Positions 51,390 to 63,934 of a DNA stretch of 64,000 nt are shown here, piece after piece (positions within the stretch are counted from its first letter, which is position 1; every line of letters begins with the position of its first letter). The DNA is taken from assembly GCF_963921235.1 (NCBI RefSeq), contig NC_086108.1, positions 16,864,001-16,928,000 on the forward strand. The letters are read 5' to 3'. A program made the position numbers and the translations under genes. This DNA is from Mobula hypostoma (Eukaryota). The notes under the pieces are model-generated. The model was not told the origin of the DNA, did not search any database, and saw only the letters and a list, made by a program, of their open reading frames with translations.

Positions 51390-52440
51390 CCTGCATGTAT
51401 TAACCCTATTTATATCCCATCTATGCTCCAGAAAATAAAGTCCAAACCTATTCAACCTTTCCCTATAACTCAGTTCCTCAAGTCCCAGCAATATTCTTGT
51501 CTTGTAAGTTTTCTCCACACTCTTTCAAGTTTACTGATATCTTTCCTGTAGGTAGATGACCAGGACTGCACCTATTACTCTAAATTTGGCCTCACCAACA
51601 TCTTATACAACTTTAACATAGAAACATAGAAAATAGGTGCAGGAGTAGGCCATTCGGCCCTTCGAGCCTGCACCGCCATTTATTATGATCATGGCTGATC
51701 ATCCAACTCAGAACCCCGCCCCAGCCTTCCCTCCATACCCCCTGACCCCTGTAGCCACAAGGGCCATATCTAACTCCCTCTTAAACATAGCCAATGAACT
51801 GGCCTCAACAGTTTGCTGTGGCAGAGAATTCCACAGATTAACGTAACATCTGAACTCCTGTACTCAGACCTTGGTGTCCTGCATTCACAGTGCAAGTCCA
51901 ACCCTACTTTGTCCACCTAGTGTGCAGCATTTCGCACTTGTCTGCATTAAGTTTCCTCTGCCTTTTTTGGTAGCTGGTCCAGATCATGCTGTAAGCTTTA
52001 ACCTTCCTTGCCATTCCCTACTCCCCCAATCTTGGTGTCATCTGAAAATCTGCTCATTCAATTTACCATATTATCAACTAAATAATTAATATAGATGATA
52101 AAAAAACAATGGATCCAGCACCAATCCCTGTGGCACACCACTAGTCACAAAGACAATTATCTATTACCACTCTCTGCCGCCTTCTGCCAAGCCAATGCTG
52201 AATCTAATTTAGTATTTCATTCTGAATGGCAAGTGACTTCTGGACTAGCCTCCCATGTAGGACTTTGCCAAAGACCTTGCTAAAGTCCATGTAGACAATG
52301 TCCACTGCCTTTCCTTCATCAACCTTTTTGAAACCTCCTCAGAATTTCTTAAGATTGGTTAGACATGGCCTGCAATACACAAAGCCATGTTGTCCCTAAT
52401 CAGGCCCTGCTTATCCAAATAATTTTATATCCTGTCCCTT
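51390..52440 (-). mobile_element. Old CR1 fragment with a younger CR1 3' end nested at about 51616-51840
   Basis: CR1-like RT remnants interrupted by an ACATAGAAACATAGAAAATAGG-tailed copy. Confidence 0.7.
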
Positions 52441-54059
52441 AGACAGGACATTAACTCTGCTACTGCCTGTACAGATGCTATTTGACCTGTTAGGTATTTC
52501 AAACATTCTACATTTTTATTTTTACTTCATCAATTTGTTCTTGTCAGTTCCAGCATTTAATATTTTTTTGTTCTATCCTCATCCTTGGGTTTCATTTGTC
52601 TCCTACATCATCGAGACAGATTATTGGCAAGTTTTTACTGCCCTCCGCCATCCAATATTGCCAACTCGAGTGTCATTCAATCTCTCTGTATAATCTGAGA
52701 GATTCTTTTGTTCTCTCCATCCCACCAAAAACCTGTTGGATTTCTAAGTTTTTTTCCACTTCTGATTTTAAAAAGTCATCAACCTGAAATGTGAACTATG
52801 TTTCCCCTTTAACAGGTGCTGCCTGGCCTGCTAAGTATTGCTCACATTCGCTGTTTTTATTTGGATCACTTCTTAACCTCTTGTAAGACCTTACCAGCTG
52901 TTGCCGTTTGAAAAGATTTTCCCTCTCCTCAAACTGTTCTGTGTGCATTCTATCATCTCATCCTCTCAGTTGTTTTGTCAATTAGATTTATCTAGTCTAA
53001 ATGATTATAGTCTTCTCATGTTTATTATATCGTCCTTGCTACAAGCACATTTTATACTTAATTAATCCTCTTCCCAACACCCATAACCCACTCCAACCAA
53101 TTTTTAAATGTTGCCATTTATCTCTTATGTGCTCCCAAAATGACTTCCCCATCTGTTGTGTGACAACATAATTTCTTTCTCCTCCCCTTGCATCTTCTTT
53201 TATGAAAGGTACTTACTCCTTTTCATTTTCCTTTATGTCTGTCCTTTTGAAACATTGACAACTGCAGAATAGTTCCAGCCTTGGTTGCCATGCAACTTCA
53301 GCTCTACTCTGGCCTTTTGTTTGAAAGCATTCATAGTCGGGGACAAGCATCAAAGTGGTTTCTTCCGGATGATTTTTAAAAAATTGAAATATTTTAATAG
53401 CAGAACAGAATCTACTTTTATGGGCAGTAATGTGAGTGCACAGACCAGTGCTGATTATGATGTGATAAATTTAGTTTAAGACCTAACTTTTTCAGCTGAG
53501 TGTACCTCGTGTCTTTCATGCTGACAAGATACCGCTTCTTGAAGAGGAGTTTTCTCATTTCCAGTGTTTAATCATGTGTAGAACTGGAAGTTGTTGTTTA
53601 ATAACAATAAGTGCTATTAGCTTTTTTATTTCTAAACGCGAAACATGACCAATACTGTTTCAAGATAGCTTTGTCCATTACTTGTTATCAAGGAATTACA
53701 CACAAGAATGATTGCAAAGGATGCCACTGAGCTGTTAAACTCATTATTTGGCTGTCAACTTTACACAAAACATTTATTTGTGTTCAATCTAGGCCTAATA
53801 CAAAGACTTGTTATCTTATTTTCTGCTCAACTTGCTTGTTTGGCACAGGTAATTATTTCTGTTCCTCCATTTTGTGCAGCATTTATCTTAGAAAAAGGAA
53901 AACTTCCTTTTAATATACAGTAGCTCATGTAGCGAAAAGCTATGTAGGAGATGAGCTGTGTAGAGTGGTCCATCTTTGGCTCAACAGGCTTGGGCAAACA
54001 CAGACAGAGATCTGAAGTAAATTTCTAGTATTTTCTTTTCACTTTTTTTGTGTTTCAGT

Positions 54060-57000
54060 ACATAGTTGGTGCACTGAGAATGGATGCTGTGTTGATGTGG
54101 GAACTCTGAGACTCTCCTCCCCCCCACCCCCCACCCCGTTTCCCTGATAACTATATTTGCATGAAGTGCATTGAGCTGCAGCTCATGTAATCATGTTAGG
54201 GCCAGTGCAGCTCAATGATCTTCTGGTCATACAGGAGATTGACAAGATGATAGATAGGATTTACAGGGAGGTAGTCGCCCCTGAGTTGCAGGAGGAAGGA
54301 AGTTGCTAACTGTCAGGAGAGGAAAAGCAAATAGGCAGCTAAGTGGTCATTCGCCTCAATAAAAATTATACTGCTTTGCCTACTGTTGGTGGGGTATGAC
54401 CTACCAGGGAGTAGGTCTCTGTCTCTGTGGCTCAGACAAAAAAGTGGGGGGGGGGGGGGCAGGAGAAGGAGACGAGTGCAGTAGTGATAGGAGATTCCAT
54501 AGTTAGAGGAGTAGACAGGAGATTGTGTGAATGTGAAAAAGACACCCGGATGGTATTTTGCCTCCCAGACATCAGGGTTAGGGATGTCTCGGTTTGGGTT
54601 CACAGCATTCTAAAGGGGGAGGGTGAGCAGCCGGAACTCGTGGTACATATTGGTACCACCAACATGGGTAGGAAATAGGAAGAGATCCTAAAGAGAAAAT
54701 ATAGTGAGTTAGGTGGAAAGCTGAAAAGCAGGACCTTCAGGGTAGTAACCTCCGGATTGCTGCCTGTACCACCTGCCAGTGAGGGTAGGAATAGGATGAT
54801 CTGGCAGATGAATGTGTGTCTGAGGAATTGGTGCAGGGGACAGTGTTTCACATTTCTAGATCATTGGGATCTCTTCTGGGGAGGGTATGACCTGTACAAA
54901 AAGAATGAGTTAAACTTGAAAATGATGGGGACCAATATCCTTGCAGGCAGGTATGCTAGAGCTGTTGGGGAGGGTTTTAACTAATTTAGTAGGGGGAAGG
55001 GAACTGGAGTGATAAGGCTGAGGTTGAGGTATTTGGAATACAAGTAGGTGCAGTGTGTTCTGAGACTGAGAAAGGACAGGTAGATGATGGGGCAAAATTG
55101 CACTCAGTGGGATAATTTGAAGTGTAACATGAAGGCAAAATTAAAATGGATGATGAATACAGGATTGAAGGTGTATTTGAATTGCACACAATATACAGAA
55201 TAAGGTCAATGATATTGTGCAATTAGAGATTGGCAGGTACGACATTGTGGGCATCACTGAGTCATGGCTGAACGAAGATCACAGTTGGGAGCTTAACATC
55301 CAAGGATGCACATAGTATCGAAAGGACAGGTAGATAAGCAGAAGGGTGGAGTGGCTCTGTTGGTAAAAAAAAATGAAATCACATCCTTAGAAATAGGTGA
55401 TATAGGTTTGGAAGATTTAGCTTCCTTGTGGGTGGAGTTAAAAAGCTGCAGAAGTAAAAAGACCCTGTTGGGAGTTGTATACAAGCTTCCAAATAGTACC
55501 TAGGTTCTCGGGTACAAATTACAGTGGGAGATAGAAAAGACATTGTTACGTACCCCGTAACTGGGTTGCCAAACCAGCAGAAATGGACCACTCAGTTGGA
55601 GTCTGGATTACTGGAACTAAGGAAGTTTTATTAAAGAAATAAGCAACACAGTACTCTAATAGTAAGGTTATAAATGCAACAGGTTAGCAATGAATAAACA
55701 CACATGTACACAGAACTAGGATAATAGGATCAATCAAGCTCTATCGCAGTCTCGGGGTAAATGACCAGTTTCAAGTGACGCAAAGTTCAGTTCAATTGAG
55801 TTCAGTTCAGTTCGCAGTAATCACTGTTGTGCCGTCGGGCGGGGAAAAGGAGAGAGAGCGAAAGCGAATGAATATTCAAAACGGATTCCACACAGACCTT
55901 GATATTCCTTGCAGTTAGCTTTCGGGTGAGTCCTTGGTAATGTCTTCTGAGGTCACGGACTGTGACCCCTCCGTTCCAGACACAATCGTTCTTCAGCGGT
56001 GAACCCGGCACCCAGGCAAGGGCGGACACACACCAGGTTCCCGCCGACCGTATCTTTCCACCCTGTGCGTCTATGGCTAGTCCCGCGACCAAACCTCCAA
56101 AACTCCCACCGACTTGTGGGGGCGCACCGCTTTCAGGGTCTCGTTACCTCGTGGTGTCGTGTGTGTCGTGTCTTAGCGAACCTGCCCCTTTTTATCCCCC
56201 TGCTGGGGTATCGCCTGTCCATCACACTTCAAACAGTTCAGGGTTCAAAAGGAGCCGGTCTTGACAATATTCAGACCGTTGTCTCCTTCCGTTAAACTCT
56301 CTCGTCTCTTCATTAACATTTCCAAATGCCGCTCCATTGTCTTACTTATCTCCCTCTCCTGAAGACAGGTGGCAGATCAACTGTTGATCCCACTGGTGCT
56401 AGCACAGGGCAGTTAACATCTTAGTCTACGTGTACTTTTGTAACCCTCTTTCATCACAACATGTAATAAGGGCAATGTTATAGTAATAGGGGAGTTCAAT
56501 ATGTAGGTAGATTGGAGAAAATCATGTTGGTGCTGGATCCCAAGAGAGGGAATTTGAAGAAGTCCTTAAGATGGCTTTTTAGACTAGCTTGTCGTTGAGC
56601 CCACTAGGGGAAAGGCAATTCTGGATTGGGTGTTGTGTAATGAACCAGGTTTATTAAGATACAGGAACCGTTAGAAAACAGTGATCATAATATGACTGAA
56701 TACACCATGAAGTTCTGAGAGGGAGATTATGAAGTCAGATGTATCAGTATTACAGTAGAGTAAAGGGAATTACAGAGGTCTGAGAGAGGAGCTGGGCAAA
56801 GTTGATTAGAAGGGGACAACAGCAGAACATCAATGGCTGGAGTTTCTGGAGGCAGTTCAGAAGATGCAGGATAGTTACATCTCAAAGATGAAGACGTATT
56901 CTAAAGAGAGAATGAGGCAACTGTGGCTGATCAAGGGAAGTCAAAGACAGCACAAAAGCAAAAGAGACGGCATTTAATATAGCAAAAATTTGTGAGAAAT

Positions 57001-57075
57001 TAAAGGGTTGGGAAGCATTTAAAGCAGGAGTGAGTGATATTGCTATTACTGAGGAGGTGCTTGGGAAGCTGAAAG
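54060..57075 (+). mobile_element. Degraded CR1 (ORF1 esterase and APE) hosting a solo LTR
   Basis: AVVIGDSIVRG, FLDHWDLFW, GGVALLVK..LWVELK..LLGVVYKLPNS. Confidence 0.85.
55544..56458 (-). mobile_element. Solo LTR, family A variant (915 bp)
   Basis: Homologous to 37671-38515, TG...CA termini, 4-bp TSD ACAT at 55540-55543 and 56459-56462. Confidence 0.88.
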
Positions 57076-57082
57076 GGATTCA

Positions 57083-58105
57083 ATGGGTTTCAATAGGTAC
57101 ATTTAATGTCAGAGAAATCCTGAAATTCTTTTTCTTCGTAAACATCCACAGAATCAGAATCAGGTTTATTATCACTGGCATATGATTTGAAATTTGTTAA
57201 CTTAGCAGCAGCAGTTCAATGGAATACATAATCTAGCAGAGAAAAAATATATAATGATAATAGTAAATAAAATTTAAAAATAAATAAGTAAATCAATTAC
57301 ATATACTGAGTAGATTTAAAAAATGTGCAAAAACAGAAATACTGTACATTTAAAAAGAAGTGAGGTAGCATCCAAAGATTCAGTGTCCATTTAGGAATCG
57401 TATGGCAGAGGGGGAGAAGCTGTTCCTGAATCGCCGACTGTGTGTCTTCAGGCTTCTGTACCTCCTATCTGATGGTAACAGTGAGAAAAGGGCAAGCCCT
57501 CGGTGCTGGATAATGAACGGTGTCTTTCTGAGACACCGCTCCCTGAAGATGTCCTGGGTACTTTGTAGGCTAGTACCCAAGATTTACAATCTTATAACCA
57601 TATAACAATTACAGCACGGAAACAGACCATCTCGACCCTTCAAGTCCGTGCCGAACTCTTACTCTCACCTAGTCCCACCGACCTGCACTCAGCCCATAAC
57701 CCTCCATTCCTTTCCTGTCCATATATCTATCCAATCTTCTGCAGCTTCTTTCAGTCCTGTGCAGTAGCCCCTCCATACCATACCAGTCAGTAATGCTGCC
57801 AACAGAGGAGTGCCCCGAAGAATGAATGACAGTTAAAACCTTGGAACCACAGCTCCCCCTCCCATGTACAAGCAGCAGCAAGGCAATGATCACCCCACTA
57901 GCAAAAAAAGCATCAGTACCCTCCACCGAGCACTCAAGTGTGCAGCAAAGCATCAATAAAGACACAGACTTGAAATACCCCAAAAACTACTTGTTCACCC
58001 AGTCATTCAACATATCACAAGTTGTCTCTCTTCCTACTAACGGATAAAGAGGTGTCCCTGTTTCACAGCAAGAGGGGAGACATAACAAATAACTCACTGA
58101 TTTAG
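57083..58105 (-). mobile_element. Nest: unclassified repeat containing a Rex1 3' end (~57151-57800), itself containing a CR1 tail (~57586-57735)
   Basis: Abrupt tails, and each host sequence resumes after the insert. Confidence 0.6.
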
Positions 58106-60806
58106 ACATAGAAACATAGAAAATAGGTGCAGGAGGAGGCCATTTGGCCCTTCAAGCCTGCACCGCCATTCAGTATGATCATGGCTGATCATCCAACTCA
58201 GAACCCTGTACCTGCCTTTTCTCCATACCCCCGATCCCTTCAGCCACAAGGGCCATATCTAATTCCCTCTTAAATATAGCCAATGAACTGGCCTCAACTG
58301 TTTCCTGTGGCAGAGAATTCCACAGATTCACCACTCTCTGTGTGAAGAAGTTTTTCCTCATCTTGGTCCTAAAAGGCTTCCCCTTTATCCTCAAACTGTG
58401 ACCCCTCGTCCTGGACTTCCCCAACATTGAAAACAATCTTCCTGCATCTAGCCTGCCCAATCCCTTTAGGATTTTATACGTTTCGATAAGATCCCCCCTC
58501 AATCTTCTAAATTCCAACAAGTATAAGCCTAGTCAATCCAGTCTTTCATCACATGAAAGTCCTGCCATCCCAGGAATCAATCTGGTGAACCTTCTTTGTA
58601 CTCCCTCTATGGCAAGGATGTCTTTCCTCAGATTAGGGGACTAAAACTGCACACAATACTCCAGGTGTGGTCTCACCAAGGCCTTGTACAACTGCAGTAG
58701 TACCTCCCTGCTCCTGTACTTGAATCCTCTTACTATGAATGCCAGCATACCATTCGCCTTTTTCACCACCTGCTGTACCTGCATGCCCACTTTCAATGAC
58801 TGGTGTATAATGACACCCAGGTCTCGTTACACCACCCCCTTTCCTAATCGGCCACCAATCAGATAATAATCTGTTGTTTGCGTTAATAATCTGTTTTCCT
58901 GTTTTTGCCACCAAGGTGGATAACCTCACATTTATCCACATTAAATTGCATCTGCCATGAATTTGCCCACTTACCTAACCTATCCAAGTCACCCTGCATC
59001 CTCTTAGCATCCTCCTCACAGCTAACACTGCCGCCCAGCTTCGTGTCATCCGCAAACTTGAAGATGCTGCATTTAATTCCCTCATCTAAGTCATTAATAT
59101 ATATTGTAAACAACTGAGGTCCCAGCACTGAGCCTTGCGGTACCCCACTAGTCACTGCCTGCCATTCTGAAAAGGTCCCGTTTATTCCCACTCTTTGCTT
59201 CCTGTCTGCCAACCAATTCTCTATCCACATCAATACCATACCCCCAATATCGTGTGCTTTAAGTTTGCACACTAATCTCCTGTGTGGGACCTTGTCAAAA
59301 GCCTTTTGAAAATCCAAATATACCACATCCACTGGTTTTCCCCTATCCACTCTACTAGTTACATCCTCAAAAAATTCTGAGAGATTCGTCAGACATGATT
59401 TTCCTTTCACAAATTCATGCTGCACTACCTTCGCTGATTTATTCTTTTGCCAAACTGGGATGAACAATTGTTGTAGTTCATCCATGTGATCTTTAAATGC
59501 TTGCCATTGCATATCCACCGTCAACCCTTTAAGTATCATTTGCCAGTCTAGCTTAGCTAATTCACATCTCATACCTTCAAAGTTACCCTTCTTTAAGTTC
59601 AGAACCTTTGTTTCTGAATTAACTATGTCACTCTCCATCTTAATGAAGAATTCCACCATATTATGGTCACTCTTACCCAAGGGGCCTCTCACGACACTAA
59701 CCCTTCCTCATTGCTCAATACCCAGTCCAGAATAGCCTGCTCTCCAGTTGGTTCCTCGACATGTTGGTTCAAAAAACCATCCCGCATACATTCCAAGAAA
59801 TCCTCTTCCTCAGCACCCTTACTAATTTGGTTCACCCAATCTATATGTAGATTGAAGTCACCCATTGTAACTGCTGTTCCTTTATTGCACGCATTTCTAA
59901 TTTCCTGTTTAATGCCATCCTCAACCTCACTACTACTGTTAGGTGGCTTGTACATAACTCCCACCAACGTTTTCTGCCCCTTAGTGTTATGCAGCTCTAC
60001 CCATATTGATTCCACATCCTCCCAGCTAATATCTTTCCTTTCTATTGCGTTAATCTCCTCTCTAACCAGCAATGCTACCCAACCTCCTTTTCTTTCATGT
60101 CTATCCCTCCTGAATATTGAATATCCCTGAATGTTGAGCTCCCATCCTTGGTCACCCTGGAGCCATGTCTCTGTGATCCCAACTGTATCATATTCATTAA
60201 TAACAATCTGCACTTTTAATTCATCCACCTTGTTACGAATGCGCCTTGCATTGACACACAAAGCCTTCAGGCTTGCTTTTACAACACTCTTAGCCCTTAT
60301 ACAATTATGTTGAAAAGTGGCCCTTTTTGATTTTTGCCCTGGATTTGCCGGCCTGTCACTTTTACTTTTCACCTTACTACTTTTTGCTTCTACCCTCATT
60401 TTGCACCCCTCTGTCTCTCTGCACGTGTTCCCATCCCCCTGTTGTGAACTAACCTCCTCTCTCCTAGTCTCTTTAATTTGATCACCACCCCCCAACCATT
60501 CTAGTTTAAAGTCACCTCAGTAGCCCTCGCAAAGGTCCCCCTAGGATTCAAGTGTAACCCGTCCTTTTTGTACAGGTCACACTTGCGCCAAAAGAGGTCC
60601 CAATGATCCAAAAACTTGAATCCCTGCCCCCTGCTCCAATCCCTCAGCCACGCATTTATCCTCCGCCTCATTGCATTCCTACTCTCATTGTCGCATAGCA
60701 CAGGCAGTAATCCTGAGATTACTAACTTTGCAGTCCTTTTTCTCAACTCCCTTCCTAACTCCCTATATTCTCCTTTCAGGACCTCTTCCCTTTTCCTATC
60801 TATGTC
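58106..60806 (-). mobile_element. Remainder of the split CR1 (esterase end, APE, RT, tail) with an internal ORF2 deletion near 59422
   Basis: Begins DIDRKREEVLKGEYRELG, continuing from the NDIDR end at 50696. [28 protein letters not shown] and KFADD follow. Confidence 0.9.
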
Positions 60807-61645
60807 CATTAGCGGAAGTTGAAGAAGTCGACGTTCATGCCATCAGGTTGGCGGCTACCCAGACAGAATATAAGGTGTTGTTCCTCCAACCTGAGTGTGG
60901 CTTCATCTTTACAGTAGAGGAGGCCGTGGATAGACATGTCAGAATGGGAATGGGATGTGGAATTAAAATGTGTGGCCACTGGGAGATCCTGCTTTCTCTG
61001 GCGGACGTAGGTGTTCAGCAAAGCGGTCTCCCAGTCTGCGTCGGGTCTCGCCAACATAAAGAAAGTCACATCGGGAGCACCGGACGCAGTACGTCACCCC
61101 AGTCGACTCACAGGTGAAGTGTCGCCTCACCTGGAAGGACTGTTTGGGGCCCTGAGTAGTATCGTCTGGGTAGCCTCCAACCTGATGGCATGAACATCGA
61201 CTTCTCCAACTTCCGGTAATGCCCCACCTCCCCCTCGTACCCATCCGTTATTTATTTTTATACACACATTCTTTCTCTCACTCTCCTTTTTCTCCCTCTG
61301 TTTCTCTGACTATACCCCTTGCCCATCCTCTGGGTTCCCCCCTCCTTTGTCTTTCTCCCCGGACCTCCTGTCCCATGATCCTCTCATATCCCCTTTGCCA
61401 ATCACCTGTCCAGCTCTTGGCTCCATCCCTCCCCCTCCTGTCTTCTCCTATCATTTTGGATCTCCCCCTCCCCCTCCCACTTTCAAATCTCTTACTAACT
61501 CTTCCTTCAGTTAGTCCTGACGAAGGGTCTTGGCCTGAAACGTCAACTGTACCTCTTCCTAGAGATGCTGCCTGGCCTGCTACGTTCACCAGCAACTTTG
61601 ATGTGTGTTGCTTGAATTTCCAGCATCTGCAGAATTCCTGTTGTT
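60807..61645. mobile_element. Penelope-like inverted insertion at the right inversion breakpoint (minus arm 60807-61155, 7-nt filler, plus arm 61163-61645)
   Basis: GIY-YIG fragment on the minus strand. Endonuclease end, pLTR and tail on the plus strand. Confidence 0.9.
61512..61549 (+). ncRNA. Minimal hammerhead ribozyme in PLE pLTR, helix I mismatch
   Basis: TAGTC-CTGACGA-AGGGTCTTGGCCT-GAAA-CG-TC^AACTG. Confidence 0.7.
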
Positions 61646-61949
61646 AGCTCAATATGTCTGGTTTTGAGATGCTTTTCTATTTTTTTCCTTTAGTAGACAA
61701 CCTTTCACACTAATGACCAGTTCCCCAAGTAGACTAGTTCCCTGGACACGTTATGCCTCTTTAGTTTTGGTATGTTTGTCCTCATCAATACATAGTGAAT
61801 AAATGGTTAAATTTGTGTAATCGTGACCCATCTTTAATAAATTGTTTTAAAATGTGGATATATTTACACCAGGACTAATGAGCTTGATTCGTTTGTCTAT
61901 TCTCTGCCTATTTACGACTCTAATGTATCACAGCTTAGAAAGGGTGTAA

Positions 61950-63758
61950 GGAATAAACATTAGAACGAGGTCAGAGGCAACATCAGATTCAAGGCAACTC
62001 TGGCAGGGTCTGCAAGACATTACTTCCTACAACTCGAAATCCAATAATATGAATGGCAGCGATACTTCACTACCAGATGAACGCAATGCCTTCTATGTCT
62101 GCTTTGAAAGGAAGAACACAACTACAGCTGTGAAGATCCCTGCTACACCTGATGACCCTGTGATCTCCATCTTAGAAGCTGATGTTAGGCTGTCTTTAAA
62201 GAGTGAACCTTCACAAGGCGGAAGGTCCCGATGGAGTACCTGGTAAGGTTCTGAAAACCTGTGTCAACCAACTAGCGGGAGTATTCAAAGACATTTTCAA
62301 CCTCTCACTGCTCCGGGCAGAAGTTCCCACTTGCTTCAAAAAGGCAACAATTATACCAGTGCCTAAGAAGAATAATGTGGGCTGCCTTAATGGCTATCGC
62401 CTGGTAGCACTCACATCGACAGTGATGAAATGCTTTGAAAGATCGGTCATAACCAGCCTGAACTCCTGCCTCAGCAAGGACCTGGACCCATTGCAATTTG
62501 CCTATTGCCACAATAGCTCAACGACAGATGCTTTCTCAATAGTTTTCCATATGGCTTTAGATGATCTGGGAAACATAAACACCTATGTCAGGTTGCTGTT
62601 CATTGACTATAGCTCAGGATTTAATACCATCATTTACACAATCCTGATTGAGAAGCTGCAGAACCTGGGCCTCTGTACCTCCCTTTGCAATTGGATCCTC
62701 AATTTCCTAACCAGAAGACCACAATCTGTGCAGATTGGTAATAACATATCCTCCTTGCTGATGATCAACATTGGTGCACCTCAGGGGTGTGTGCTTAGCC
62801 CACTGCTCTACTCTCCACATACACATGACTGTGTGGCTAGGCATGGCTCAAATACCATCTACAAATTTGCTGCTGATACAACCATTGTTGGTAGAATCTC
62901 AGATGGAGACGAGAGGGCGTACAGGAGTGAGATATGCCAACTAGTGGAGTGGTGCCGCAGCAACACCTGGCACTCAACGTCAGTAAGATGAAAGAACTGA
63001 TTGTGGACTTCAGGAGGGGTAAGACAAAGGAACACATACTAATCCTCATAGAGGGATCAGAAGTGGAAAGAGTGAGCAGTTTCAAGTTCCTGGGTGTCAA
63101 GGTCTCTGAGGACCTAACCTGGTCCCAACATATTGATGTAGTTATAAAGAAGGCAAGACAGCGGCTATACTTCATTAGGAGTTTGAAGAGATTTGGCATG
63201 TCAACAAATACACAAAAACTTCTATAGATGCACCGTGGAGAGCATTCTGACAGGCTGAGTCACTGTCTTGGTATGGGGAAGGGGGGGGGGGCAGGGTTGG
63301 CTACTGCACAGGACCAAAAAAAGCTGCAGAGGGTTGTAAATCTAGTCAGCTCCATCTTGGGTACCAGCCTACAAAGTACCCAGGTCACCTTCAGGAAGCG
63401 GTGTCTCAGAAAGGCAGCGCCCATTATGAAGGACCCCCAGCACCCAGGGTATGCCCTTTTCTCACTGTTACCATCAGGTAGGAGGTACAGAAGCCTGAAG
63501 GCACACACTCAGCGATTCAAGAACAGCTTCTTCCTCTCTGCCAACCTATTCCGAAATGGACATTGAACCCTTGGACACTACCTCACTTTTTTAATATACA
63601 GTATTTGTTTTTTGCATGATTTTTAATCTATTCAATATACATATACTGTAATTGATTTACTTATTTATTATTTTTTCCTTCTATATTATGTATTGCATTG
63701 AGCTGCTGCTAAGTTACAAATTTCATGTCACATGCTGTGATAATAAACCTGATTCTGA
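61950..63758 (+). mobile_element. Rex1/Babar-type LINE, 5'-truncated and frameshifted
   Basis: [42 protein letters not shown] and a CTGATTCTGA tail. Confidence 0.88.
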
Positions 63759-63934
63759 TGTTAAACCTTACCAGTGAGTCAGTTATTGGGATCTATTCTA
63801 AGGAATAATCTATTTTTGTTTATTTTTTAAAAAGCCATAGGTTAACCAGGGACATTCATTAAAAGGGACCATGACTGACTAAATTGAAGTTTTTAAGTAC
63901 AAGGATGGTTGATGAGGGAAAGATAAGAATTAAC

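Larger units (their letters stand above)
50738..60806. other. Inverted genomic segment (about 10.07 kb)
   Basis: Inverted duplications at both ends. Flipping the segment restores a collinear CR1. Confidence 0.85.

Noticed and set aside
8134..61647. Recurrent ORFs such as VSPDEGSRPETSTVPLPRDAAWPA and MLVNAAGQAASLGRG
   Set aside because: Translations of the non-coding PLE pLTR and hammerhead, repeated only because the DNA is repeated.
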